The notes under the pieces: model-generated
The model's database searches: none
What the model saw: the letters and a program-made list of their open reading frames with translations, nothing else
What the model was told of the DNA's origin: nothing
Part shown: piece after piece, positions 17,301 to 36,489 of the stretch
How the letters are laid out: every line of letters begins with the position of its first letter
Numbering within the stretch: position 1 is the first letter of the stretch
Position numbers and translations under genes: made by a program
From: the human T2T-CHM13v2.0 reference genome, Homo sapiens
Strand: one strand, 5' to 3'
NCBI RefSeq assembly: GCF_009914755.1
Contig: NC_060941.1
DNA: 64,000 nt

Positions 17301-18949
17301 TTTTTTTTTTTAAAAGAAAACACGGATTCATTGTTATTATTGCTTCATAAGGAATGTGACCTTCCATGGGAGTTTTATGGTGCTCTTTTTATCCCTGGTG
17401 ACCTCTTATTTCATAGTGTAGTTTCTAGGTGTGAGTCTTGTTTCATTCATTGTCCTGAGATCTCTTAATCTCAGCTCTTCTGTCTTTCACCTCTGAGAAA
17501 TTTTCCTATATTATTTCTTTGATAATTTCCTCTTCTGTTTTTCCTGTCCTCTTTTTTCAGAAACTCCTATTAGTTGGATCCCAATTTGATCCTCTATGCC
17601 CCTTATCTATTGGCTCATTTTTTTCCATCTCTTTGTCTTGATATTTTCAAATTTAAATATTTAAGTGTGAGAACAATTTATCTTTTCTGGCTGCTACATA
17701 GAGTCTTACATGAAAATGTATTTCTTGTTATATTGTTTCTGTAATAACAGTGACAGACATTTCAAACAAGTTTCACTCAATGGTTTAAGAATTACCATAA
17801 AAGAGGAACCAAAATTGCCTTAAATGAGCAAGGCTCTGAAAACTTAACTACAAAATGAGAGTAAGGGCTTTTAGAGGCATAAAAGGAGGATTGCGGTAAC
17901 TATGCTAGGCGAGGCAGGAGCCAGCTCAGGGGAAAAATGCTATCTTAGCGACTGGTTGCAGGTGCTGCCTCAGGTCAACAGGCTTGTGGGCATGCTGTCC
18001 CCTGCTCCCCATTCCTGCCAAGAAGTGGGTAATGTCAGCAAGTCAGGTAGTGGGGCTGAAAGAGTCAAATCCCAAATCTGTGATAGGGTCTTCTCTGAGC
18101 AAGGCAGCTGGATCAAGAGTGCCGGTGGTCTTCTTAGCAAGGAGACAAACCCATCAATGCACTAGGCAGGAGGAGGCAGGAGCCAGGCAGGCAAATGAAG
18201 AATTAGGCTCAGGCAAGGGCTCAGGGCTCAGCTTGAGTGGACGACAGGGGCGGCTAATAAGTGGACAGAGGCATTGAATGCTGACGGGCACTCAAGGCCA
18301 TGTGGATCAAAGGAAGCAGCACTCTCCTGGCCCATGGGGCTGAAGAAACTCTTCCCCAACGTATGCCTTCTACCTCCAGGCCACAGGATCTTCCTCCAAT
18401 GAAGATGAGGCGGCAGAGTAACCGGATACAACAGAGGTTCAAGGGCCTTTTTGATGTTCTGGGACCCTGCGTGTGTGACTTACCCTTAAGCCCATGTTCA
18501 TCCTTTGTGCATGCTCTGATGTTGCCCAAAGCATCTCTGCAACCCTGTGCCATTTGCAGTCAGGTTTCATTGTGAAGGAATAAGAGGCAGTACACACACA
18601 CACATGCACCCCATCACCACCACCACACCAACTCGTTCTTTTCTGCACACACAAGTGTGTGGAGAGTCTGCCCATCTCCGTGCCTGCACAGAGTGTGGGC
18701 TGGAACCCCAACACTGAATTGGATGCCCTTCCCGTTTCTGTGTCCCACAGGGGAGCAGACATGTGCACAGAGGAGGGCTGGCAATTCCTTCATGGTTCAG
18801 CTGCCTCCAAATGAGATGTTTGGCAGGAGAGGAGGACTGTCGCCTGTTGTCCCTATGTTCATTGTTTATTTGCTAAAGGAATAATTTAGGTAATTAGTTA
18901 TTCATGCAAATGTTTACTTACTCAAAAAATGTTTGGTAGTTCCAATAAT

Positions 18950-19560
<611 letters not shown>

Positions 19561-20351
19561 CAGGGTACCATAGGATCCCAGGAATTAACTTAGCATAATG
19601 TTAGATTAAGGCAGCCAAAGGCATTAATATTCACAGGATGTAGCAGTTAGACAAAATAGGAAGTGGAATCATTCTAAATGATTCCTATTATTCTGCTTGG
19701 AAACCCAGTATCTCCCCCCATCCGTATTTCTATGCAATGACACAAGCCTCTTCAGTTCCACGTTCTACCACCATATCTCACAATGGGTAATTACCATAGG
19801 CCTTGGGAAGTCTTTTCTTACATCTGGGCTTCAGATTCTTCATCTTTACAGAGAAACAGCTGTAACAATCCAACTTAGATCTATCCTTCAAGGATGTTGA
19901 CTATGGCATTGCTTATAATAGCAAAAACTTAGGAGAAATCTAAATGTCCATCAATGGGGAAACAGTTTGATAAATTATGGTACATTCATACAACAGAAGA
20001 TTATACAGCTGCTAAAAAGGTAAATTTACTCAGAGGTAAGTCCATATGAGCTGATATAGAGAAATGTACTTTATTGAGCCATAATTTACATATTCTAAGG
20101 ATGAGTCTGTATGCATTTTTACAAATATATTCACCTGTGTCAATACCACCCTGATCAAGATAAAAAACATTTCCATCACTGAAAATTTCCCTTGTGCCTC
20201 CTTTTGGTCAGTTTCTCCCCACCCACACAGAGGCAACCACTGTTTTGATTTCTAACACCATAGATCATTTCTTTGTTCTTCATATTTTTTGAATTATAGG
20301 TCTTTTTATATTCAGTCATGTTGCAAGGATCAGTAGTTTCCTTTTTGTTGC

Positions 20352-20575
20352 TGTTTTGGACATTTTTACCTCCCCCCCAAATTCATATATTGAAGCCCTA
20401 ATTCCTCAGCGTGGCTGTATTTGGAGATGGGGCCTCCAAGGAAGTAATTAAGATTAAATTACTTAATTAAGATGGTCCCACCCCCACCACCATCACTTTG
20501 TGGACACCTTAGCTTGGACTTCCTAGCCTTCAGAGCTGTGGTATTTTGCTATGGCAGCCCGAGCAGACTAAGACA
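20352..20575 (+). mobile_element. MLT1A-type solo LTR, internally deleted
   Basis: ccaaattcatatattgaagcccta; ends gcagcccgagcagactaagaca; perfect TSD GTTGC. Confidence 0.8.
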
Positions 20576-20767
20576 GTTGCAGAGTAGTATGCCATTACTC
20601 ATTTGTATACCATGGTTTGTTTATTCACAGTGGATGGACGTTTAGGATGTTTCCGTTTTTGGCCATTATGTATAAAAGTGTGACCATTCTTGTATGAGTC
20701 TTTTGTGCATATATGTATATATATCATTTCTCTTGGGTATACACCTAGGAATTGAATTGCTGTGTCA

Positions 20768-20912
20768 GGCCGGGCGCGGTGGCCTTTGCCTATAATCCCA
20801 GCACTTTGGGAGGCTGAGGCAGGTGGATCACTTGAGCTCACGAGTTCGAGACCAGCCTGGGCAACAAGGTGAGACCCTGTCTCTTAAAAAAAAAAACAAA
20901 AGCAGCAATGAA
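20768..20912 (+). mobile_element. FLAM_C / free left Alu monomer
   Basis: left monomer directly followed by A tail; TSD gaattgctgtgtca. Confidence 0.88.
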
Positions 20913-20967
20913 AGAATTGCTGTGTCATATGATGAATGTTTGTTTAACTTCATTAAAAACTGCCAAG

Positions 20968-21243
<276 letters not shown>

Positions 21244-21441
21244 TCACACTTCTAGCAGAATATATGAAAGTTCCAATGGATCCATATTCTTACCTACATT
21301 GTGTATTTTCAATCTTTTAAATTTTAGCCATTTAGTGTGTTTAATGGTCTATTTTGTGGTTTTAATTTATATTTATCTGATGACAAATGATGTGGAACAC
21401 CTTTTCGTATGATTATTGGATATTCAAATACCGTCTTTTAA

Positions 21442-21771
<330 letters not shown>

Positions 21772-21809
21772 TTATTTTTTTTTCTTTTTAGTTTGTACAA
21801 GTTTTGATA

Positions 21810-22164
21810 AACAGCCCTCCATATCTTTGGGTTCTGTAGTCACAGATTCAACTAATCACAGATGAAAAAGTTTAAAAAAAATAAAAAATAACAATACAAC
21901 AATACAAATAATACAAATTTTAAAAATACAGTATAACAACAATTTGCATAGCATTTACATCGTATTAGGTATTATAAGTAATCTAGAGATGAGTTAAAGT
22001 GTACAAGAGGATGTGCATAGGATATATGCAAATACTACACTGTTTTATATAAGAGAATGGAGCGGCCGGGTGTGGTGGCTCACGCCTGTAATCCCAGCAC
22101 TTGGGTTTTGGTATCCACAGGGGTTCCTAGAACCAAGTCCCCACAGATATTGAGAGATGACTGT
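21810..22164 (-). mobile_element. MER2 (TcMar-Tigger non-autonomous DNA transposon)
   Basis: gtattaggtattataagtaatctagagatg; terminal gatattgagagatgactg followed by TA. Confidence 0.85.
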
Positions 22165-22344
22165 ATTCTGGATATGAATCATTTGTCAGGCATATATATT
22201 GCATATATTTTCTTCTAGTATGTGATTTGTCTTTTCATTTTTTAAAAATTATGCATTCTGAAAAATATGTTTTTAATTTTGATGAAGTACAACTTATTTA
22301 TTTTTCTTTTATATTTAATACTTTTGTGTCTTAAGAAATCTTTA

Positions 22345-22704
<360 letters not shown>

Positions 22705-23384
22705 TTATATTTGCCTGTTTATTCTAGAGGTTTTATAGTTTTAGCTGTCATATTAGGCCTCTGATCCATTTGAGTTGATTTTTATGTATGCTGTAAGGTA
22801 TGGGTAGAAGTTTATTATTTTGCATCTGGGTATACAGTTGTTACACCACCATATGTTGAAAAGACTGTCTCTTCCTCATTAAATTAGCTTTGGAACTTTG
22901 TCCAAATTCAATTGAAGCTCTATGTGCATTTGTCTACTTCTAGACTATTCTGTTCCCACTGATCTTTATGTCTATCCTCATGTCAATACCATAGTAAATC
23001 TTGAAAGCAGTTCATGTAAGGCTTCCGAGTTTGTTGTTTTTCAAACTATTTTGACTATTCTATGTCATTCACATTTCCATGTAAATTTTGGAATGTTGGA
23101 TGTCAATTTCTATCAAAAAAAGAAAAACCCAAAACAAACCCCAAAACCCTGCTAGGACTTTAGTTAGGATTGCATTGAATATATAGATCAATTTGTGGAA
23201 GAATTGATAACAATATTGAGTCTTCCAGTCAATGAACATGGTATATCTTTACAATTATTTAGATCTTTTAAAATTCCTCTTGGCAATGTTTTATAGTTTT
23301 CAATGTATATATTTTGGACATATTGCATTAAAAATTTCCCTAAGTATTTGATGTTTTTGGTATTTTTGTAAAAGTTATTTTATT

Positions 23385-23475
23385 TTTGCTTTTGTAGAGA
23401 CAGGTCTCACTATGTTGTCCAGGCTGGTCTTGAACTCCTGGGCTCAAAGGATCCTCCTGCCTCAGCCTCCCAAAT
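23385..23475 (-). mobile_element. Alu left-monomer fragment
   Basis: tagagacaggtctcactatgttg..gcctcccaaa. Confidence 0.8.
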
Positions 23476-23693
23476 GTAAATGTTATTTTTAAATTTTATT
23501 TTTAAAGTCTTCATTGCTACTATATAGAAATACAATTGATTTTTATACATTGACTTTGTATCTTGCAAATTTTCTCTTTAGTTCTAGTAGTGGTTTCATA
23601 CATTTCTTTGGATTTCTATGCATTAAATTATGTTATCTGCAAATAAAGACAGTTTTATTCTTCATTTTCAATCTCTCTCTATATAGTGTCTTT

Positions 23694-23696
<3 letters not shown>

Positions 23697-23750
<54 letters not shown>
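23697..23750. repeat. (TA)27 microsatellite
   Basis: uninterrupted TA run. Confidence 0.97.
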
Positions 23751-23753
<3 letters not shown>

Positions 23754-24057
23754 TCTTTTTCTCATTGCACTGGCTAGGACCTCCAGAATGATGTTAAACA
23801 GATGTGAGAATGTACATCTTTGCTTTTTTCCCAATATTAAGGGAAAATATTCAATCTTGCACCACTGTGATGTTAGCTGTTGGTTTTCATAAATGCCCTT
23901 TATTAGGTTGAGAAAATTTCATGTTAGTCCTTGTTTGTGGAGGTTTTCTTTTTTAAAAAAAAATCATGAATTACTCTGGATTTTGTTATATACATCTTGT
24001 GCATTTATTGAGATGATCACATGGTTGTTATCCTTTGTAATTGTGAATTACATTGAT

Positions 24058-24378
<321 letters not shown>

Positions 24379-24468
24379 TGATTGATTTTTAAATATTAAC
24401 CCTGCCTTGTATTCCTGGGATAAACCACATGTAGCCAGATGCATTTTTAAATGTAGTGATAGATTTAA

Positions 24469-24806
<338 letters not shown>

Positions 24807-24998
24807 TAGGATTTTTGTCTATGTCTATGTTCATAAATGATTTTGGTTTAAAATTTTCTTTTCCTTATAATGGCCTTGTGAGAATTTGATATCAGGTTTC
24901 TGCTGAGTTGGGTATTATTGGGTGTTATTTTATCTTCCTCAGTTCTCTGGAAACATTTGTATAACATTAGTATTATTTATTTTCAAAAATTTTAATAG

Positions 24999-25689
<691 letters not shown>

Positions 25690-25827
25690 GATGAATTCAA
25701 TTTTTAACAAATATAGGATGATTCATATTTTTTATTCCTTCTTGGATCAGTTTCAAAAGTTTTCTTTTTCAAAAAATGTTTTCATTTCCTCTAAGTAATT
25801 GAATGTATTGTTGTAAGTTATAGTTAA

Positions 25828-26570
25828 GATGGACTAACAGGAACCAGATTTGCCCTTCTGCCTGGAGTGACTAAAAAAAATAATAATAAATAAATAAATA
25901 AAGTAGAATATCAGGCAACAATGGCTAATGACAGTTGAGGTTAGGGAGTCAAATAAGATGAGCTTCCTACAATTGCCCCAGCTCTTTGCCTAGAGACAGA
26001 TTCCAGGCCTCAGAATAGGGAGGGAAAACCCACATGGAAGCCAGCAGTTTCCCTGAATTGAGGATATGGAGCTGGGATCCTGGGGAGGCCAAGGTAATTA
26101 GAGTTTATAGGACAGAGTATTAGGGAGAATAGAGCTTGGATAGGGGTGGGAGATCAGGAGGCGAGGGGAAAGGGAACTGGAGGAGGAGGGAGGGGAAGAG
26201 AGTTCTGGAGACATTTGGAGAACTCTCCTTGAGTCTTCAGCTAAATACCTGTCAGTGCGTGCATGTGAGAAAACCATGCAGAACTGAAGAAAGAACAACT
26301 GAAGAGCATCAGAGAGAACGACGCCCCAAACTTACGCAGGACTGGGAATAATTCCTGTTTCTGCCAGAATAGAAAGCCTCATGATTCAGAGAGAGTCCCC
26401 AGTTAGTGTCCTCAGAAGAGTTTTGCCTCAAATAATGGTACAAAATTAGCCCAAAATGCTGCTTTAGTCTCACCTGACAAAGCTTAATACCTGAAAGAAT
26501 CAAACTGTCTCTAAGTAACTTAATCATATCACAGGACAAAGGCCAAGAACATAGAAAGAGAAAAATGGGT
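25828..26570 (+). mobile_element. L1M (MC/MD-type) 5' region fragment
   Basis: gatggactaacaggaaccagattt; caaactgtctctaagtaacttaa. Confidence 0.6.
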
Positions 26571-26574
26571 AGTA

Positions 26575-27680
<1,106 letters not shown>

Positions 27681-27730
27681 CGAGGATATATTTTTATTTA
27701 TTTATTTTTAGTGAGGTAACATTCACATAA

Positions 27731-28091
<361 letters not shown>

Positions 28092-28143
28092 ACAATTAAC
28101 CACTTTAAAGTGAACAATTTAGTGGTGTTCAACACATTCACAA

Positions 28144-28410
28144 TTTTTTTTTTTTTTTTTTTTTTTTTTTAGACAGAGTCCTCACTGCAAGCTCTGCCTC
28201 CCTGGTTCACGCTATTCTGCTGCCTCAGCCTCCCCAGCAGCTGGAACTACAGGCGCATGCCACCACGTCCGGCTAATTTTTTTTGTATTTTTAGTAGAGA
28301 TGGGCTTTCACCGTGTTAACCAGGATGGTCTCGATCTCCTAACCTCGTGATCCACCCGCCTTGGCCTCACAAAGTGCTGGGATTACAGGCGTGAGCCACC
28401 GTGCCCTGCC
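28144..28410 (-). mobile_element. AluY with internal deletion
   Basis: agacagagtc joined directly to ctcactgcaagct; TSD acattcacaat. Confidence 0.92.
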
Positions 28411-28617
28411 AACATTCACAATGTTGTGTAACCATCATCACTTCTATCTACTTCTAAAACATTTTCATCACTCCCAAATGAGACCTGTATAAATAAAGCA
28501 GCCCTGAGCAACAACCAATCTTCTATTTCTATGGATTCACCTGTTCTTGATAATTCATATAAATGGAGTTCTGCAATACGTGGACTTTTGTGTCTGGCTT
28601 CTTTCCCTAAAGGTTCA

Positions 28618-29046
<429 letters not shown>

Positions 29047-29172
29047 TTAACAGGGAATACCACCAGAGAATAGCAATGGAGAGGAATGGGGACACTTAAA
29101 AAAACTGATGTAGTTTTGTATCGTTTGAATTTGTTAAAACAAGTGTATATTAGAAAATAAAGATTTTAATTA

Positions 29173-29365
<193 letters not shown>

Positions 29366-29499
29366 AAAGATTAAAAATAAAACTTGATGAAAAATAAGGG
29401 AATTTTCTGCTTTAAAGTTTAACTTTAGCCTTAACCCTCAACCCAAGGCTGTTCACAGCTGTTGCAGCTTGCCAGATGGCCTTGTTTTTCTCATGGCTT

Positions 29500-29965
29500 T
29501 TCCAGAGGCTGCAGTGTAGGTCACTTTTCCAGGAGGGGCTGTGAGGAGAGTCCTGCCTATCCCTCCCCTGGATTCCCTCGCTGCCCCCCATCTCTGTTCT
29601 CCCACTACTCAGAACTTCCTCTAGTTCCTGGAACACCTTGCTTTCTCGTGCTGAAGAGACTTTTCACAGTTTTTTCACTCCCTCTGCCAGGAATTCTGTC
29701 TCAGACTCATCTCCTTCCTGTCCCTCTTTCAAGCTGGGTGGGGTGTCCCTCCCTCCTCTGCACTTGTCCAGTGCTCTGTGTGATCTCAAGTTTACCTCTT
29801 GTCACAACATATTGTGAATTGCCTGTCTGTCTCCTATGATGGTGAACTAGCAGGACAGAGGCCATGTTTATTTCCATCACAGCCTCATGGTCCTGTTTCC
29901 AAAGGCTGGCACACAGCCTGGAACATGAGAAGTGCCCACTGCACGTGTTGAATGAGAGAATAAAG
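29500..29965 (+). mobile_element. L2 3' end
   Basis: ggcacacagcctggaacat..tgttgaatgagagaa. Confidence 0.6.
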
Positions 29966-31319
29966 GAAGGGGAGAGCTGTGGTTCTCTAGTCAGAAACCC
30001 AAGCTTCAGTCATCAACTGCGTGTCCTGGTTTACTTGGCATATAGCTTCATGCCTCATGGACATGGGGCTTTCAGGATCTAAAGAAAATCCTCTAGAGGA
30101 AATTTCCCCAGATGGAAAGCTAAGTAGACCGTAGATCCTTGCCCCTTCTCTCAACAGAGCTGCCTGCGGATTCCCAAAGAACTGATGACTATCACCCTCC
30201 CAATTCTCTTGGATATTATTGAAGGATCATTTCCGTCTTGGAAATAAAGCAAGATGGCTGGTATGTGTGTTTTTTTCCCTAAGCCCATGAGTCTCAAAAC
30301 ACCTACCCCGTCAAGTTCCAGAGGTGGTGTGGCTGTTCTTTAAAAAAATGAAAATAACCAGAAAAATGTATTTTACCTCCCTGAGAAATAAAAATTTCCT
30401 TGTTTCCAAAATTTCCAAAAGAAATAATTAGGATGTCCTGAGTGTCCAGTATGTGTTCCTGACACAGGAACACCATGAGGTTGAGAGGCTAACACTGAGT
30501 TAGGTCTCCAAGCATCCTTAAGAACAGTGTTGCACAAATGAGGTGCCACATCAAGGCACGAGCAGAACAACAGAGCTCTCATGACATGTTATTCAGGAAG
30601 GGGCCCAGCCAGGAGAGTACATTTCTCCATGAGCCAACGTCCAGAGCAAAGATTTATCGCTAAACTTAAAAAAATCCACTGTGGGTTATTGTTGTTATTG
30701 GTGTGAATTATTATAACTCTTGTTATCTTTGGCTTGTGTGTTCTGGTATGTCTGTTTTGGTTGTTATGGTAATGTTGGGGTTGAGTGTGTATTTTACTTG
30801 CCGTTTTAAAAGAAAATTCTTTTTGTGGGATTTATGGGACTCCGGTGGTAAACAATGGCTCTTGCCATTTTGGGTGAAAAGGGTTTCAGATGCAGGGATG
30901 ATTAGAATATAGGAGAGCTTCCTGTAGGTGAGCCACCGATCACAGCCAACCTGGGGGAGATGCTCACCTTGGCCTCTCGCACGCAGACCAACAAGACTAC
31001 TGATGCCTTGAGATCAGCTGCCTCAAGTCTCATGGCAGATGAGCAGAATGTCTTTGCTGAAGCACCCTTGCATCTTCTGAGCACACTCATCACCTCGCAG
31101 GTTTCCAGGGACTGGGAGGCTGGCACTGCCTGCCTCCCACAATGCCCCATGTCCCAGCTCAGACTAAAGCTGATCACCTTTGAGATTTCTGGAGCAGCCA
31201 ACATGTGATCTGGCCTTCAAAGAGGGCTTTGTAACCAGGGGTGGAGGTAGCTGTAGCCTGAGTTACTCTTCCGCTTCTTAATATCCAAGACAGGCCTGGG
31301 TGTCTCACGGTGCCAATAA

Positions 31320-31545
31320 TATTAATATTAGTTACCACCATATTGTCTCTATGAGTATTTACTATATACCAGGCACTCTGCTGAACATTTGAGATGGAAT
31401 ATTTTATCTGATCTTCCCAAGAATCCTATAGGGTTTACTCCTGTTTTACAAATAAGGAACTTGCGGCTGAGAGGCTAAGCAACTTGCCTGAGATCACCTA
31501 ACCTAACTATAAGTGAAGAAGACAAGATACGAAAACAGGCAGTAG
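31320..31545 (-). mobile_element. MIR
   Basis: gttttacaaataaggaacttgcggctgagaggctaagcaacttgcc. Confidence 0.75.
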
Positions 31546-31554
31546 CTCCCAGGC

Positions 31555-32463
<909 letters not shown>

Positions 32464-32846
32464 CAGCCCACGCATTTAACCTGGCCCCGTCCACATTTGT
32501 AGCAGGTCCTGTGCTCTGTGCATGGGTCCTCCTACAGAGTTTCCCTTTGCCACTTCTGGGAGTTCCAGCCTAATTTCTTGGAAAATGACCAGAGCAAGGG
32601 ACTCCTGGGCTGCTTTCTGACCAGGAGACAGAGAAGCAGGGAACCCAGGCACAATCAACTCTGTGTGAAAGAAGGATCAGCAAGAAGCATGTGAAGCCCT
32701 CCTGCCTTGCAGCAGCTACAGGCACACAGAGATTGGGATTAGGATTAAAGCTATCATCTGAGGATTGGTCCTAGCAGAAATGTGCCCTAATGATACTATG
32801 CAGTGGGAAGGGGAATATTTTGGGATCTGAATCTATACTTATATAA

Positions 32847-33149
<303 letters not shown>

Positions 33150-33862
33150 AATTATGGTGTTTAATTGAGTTAGTGCTGGGCTTCTAGGGTGCATTTCACC
33201 TTGACTTTGAGTGCTGGAATTTAAAGTGTGGTCCACCAGCCACACGCAGCTGGAATGGTATTGCATCTGTTGGATACTTTCAATTTATCTACTTCATTGA
33301 GCATGGCAGTAAAATGTCAATACCACAAGACAGGGCTGCCTGTATAATTCTGCAAAAATAAAATGTAGCCGTATGTTTGGGGACTAATACAAGTGGAAGG
33401 TTCCCCTGTCATGTTGGCCGTGTTTGTGCAATCAGGCCTGTGCGGAGCCTGGTCTAACAAGGGCAGCCATATGAGGCCATTTAAAAAGGCATTTCCAGTC
33501 TCTGCCCCAGTGACCAGGGACACTGGACTCCTTCACTAGTTACCACGAGAGGCTGAAAGCCACACAAGGGCCCGCCCAGAGTGGGCCTCCCCTCCAGGCA
33601 AAGCTGGCACCATCCTGGTGGCCTGTGGGTTTACCTTTACTCATCACAACTTCCATAGAAGAGGAAGGAACACCCACACCCAGGCTGTGGCTGGGCTGGG
33701 GACTTGGCCTGCTGGGCATTGGGGTGGCAATTGTGTTTCTCAGCAAGTTGCCTCAAGAAGCGAGAATGGCTACTGATTCTTCTCTTATAGGATCCACACA
33801 GCATTCAGTCCTTCTACTGGCAACTGAAAGGGACAAAACACTTGCCTGTTCAAAAAGGTCTT

Positions 33863-34328
<466 letters not shown>

Positions 34329-34584
34329 TCAGCTGTAGGTGAGGCTTTGGGAGGAATGGAAGAAGACTTTCTTCTCTGTGGATTGGGTGAGAGGCAGGAG
34401 ATCAGCCTCAGAGAACCTAAGCGGAGGAGCAGCCCACCAGCTCTGGAGCGAGTTTGGCCCTCAGAAACCGGAGGATTCCTGGGCTGCTATTTCCACATGA
34501 AAGCCAAGTGGCTAGACAGGAGCTGGATGGCTGGGCTGGGTCCTTGGGTCACCATGGAAAGATGGCTCAGAAACAACAGAATTT

Positions 34585-34865
34585 GGCCAGGCGCAGAGGC
34601 TCACACCTGTAATCCCGGCACTTTGGTGAGGCGGGGGCGGTTGAATCACTGAGGCGAGGAATTCGAGACCAGCCTGGCTAACACGGTGAGATCCTATCTG
34701 TACCAAAAAGTACAAAAATTAGCCAGGCATGGTGGCATGTACCCGTAGTCCCAGCTACTCAGGAGGCTGAGGCAGGAGAATCACTTGAACCCGGGAGGCG
34801 GAGGCTACAGTGAGCCGACATAGTGCCACACTGCACTCCAGCCTGGGTGACAGAATCTCTAAAGA
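34585..34865 (+). mobile_element. AluS with eroded tail
   Basis: dimer; TSD caacagaattt. Confidence 0.9.
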
Positions 34866-35689
34866 ACCAACAGAATTTGTGCCAAATGAAAAAGACACAA
34901 GCATCCACATTAGCCAAAAATTAATAAGCACACTCAAGAAGACTCAGGAGGGATTGCTTACAAAAAAAAAAAAAAGAAGAAGACTCAGGAGACGCACAAA
35001 ACAACGGGAGTGTGCAGATGCGCAAAAACTGAGAGCATATCACTCACATCCCTGTCTGTGAACAATAGTTGAGAAAGACTGGCAAAACAACCAACGAATC
35101 CACTACAGACCTCAGGACATAGCAAGATGAAGAAGCAATGCCCTCATCTTGCTGGCTCGGACAGGAAAGGTGCGATCTCACTCATGTTCCGTGTCCCTTA
35201 TGAGCACGGCAGCTCTATTCCACATCCTCTTCACTTGGGACCCTTTCGGTGTAAAAGTCCATAAATGTGCTTTTAGTGCTTCCATTTTGTGTTGATTATT
35301 TTTTCTATTGTTTCTTCTTTTCATTTCCCGTCCTTTGACCAGTTGGATCCAATTCCTATTCATTCTGCTTCTCACCTGCTCAGCTAAGGAATACCACTGC
35401 ACTTTCCATTTAACCAAGACTCACTTTTCTACCATTCACTAAAGAACGCACAATTATCTACTATTATTTGAAAGTGACGTGCCAACTAAGAACGACAGAA
35501 AAGAAGGACAGGTGTGGGTCCCTGGTGACTGGGAGCTTTCCTGTGAACCCAAGATTGCCTATTTGGGGCTTATTTTGCAAGAGAGAAGAGCAGCTTGCAT
35601 ATTTGCCTGTGGTATATGGGGCTTTCTATTACATGCGGCAAGGATAGATTCTATTGTTGAAGACATTTCCTGTCTCTTTCTGGGTGGGG

Positions 35690-36025
35690 GGATTATGTAC
35701 CTGCTTTATTGAGGACAGACTCACATATGACTGGTTTGGGCCAATGAAAATTTAGCAGAGGTGACCTGTGCCACTTCTAAGCAGAAGCTTTGAGAACCAC
35801 TGTGTCATTCCACCATTTTCTCTTTTTCTATGCCCTGAGCCCAGTAATGCCCCAGGTCATAGACACGCTGATAGCCCAGGTCCCAAAGTTAATAGCACTT
35901 GGAGCAAAGCAGTACCCCCACCACAACAGAACAGTTAAGTGAGCAAGAACTAAATCTCGAAACCCCTGAGATTTTTGGAATCATTTGTTAACACAGATTA
36001 TCCCAGTCTATTCACACTGATACAA
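35690..36025 (+). mobile_element. MLT1I/J-type MaLR LTR fragment
   Basis: ggccaatgaaaatttagcagaggtgacctgtgccacttc; ends ctgataca. Confidence 0.6.
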
Positions 36026-36489
36026 TAGTTAAACATAATTCTGGCTTCTGGTGTTGCTGCCTAAAATGTATTTTATTTAACAATGCATCATGTCATCTAA
36101 TATTTAATCACCATTCTGGACTTATAATTAACCCTATTTTCTGAGGCAGTGATGGGGACATAGGGAGATTAGGTCACCTTTCCAGAACAGCACAGCCAGT
36201 AAAGGGAGCAGAGCCAGATTTCAAACTCCGAAGACTCAATCTCTTGCTCATTTTACTGCAAAAGCTGCCACAGGGGAAATGGCAGCAGCCTCACTGGCAA
36301 CACAACAGAAGTGCATGAAGGACTGTGGTTTCAAATTGGGGTTTTCTCATTCAATTCCATTTTTAGCTAGAATGGCACATGGTGGTAGGTTGCTGACTGT
36401 TATCCTTGGAGTCTGATTGACTTATTACATAATAAGGATCTTCTAGCCCTCAAGCTTCTCATGCTTTTAAAAAAAATAAAAATAAAAAG

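Noticed and set aside
30680-30830. Possible mitochondrial insertion suggested by strand skew
   Set aside because: I could not match it to recalled mtDNA (e.g. ND6 region); skew alone is insufficient. BLAST to mtDNA would settle it.
33605-33625. CTCF-like site (reverse strand ggccaccaggatggtgcc)
   Set aside because: Core spacing is off by one base from CCASYAGRKGGC.
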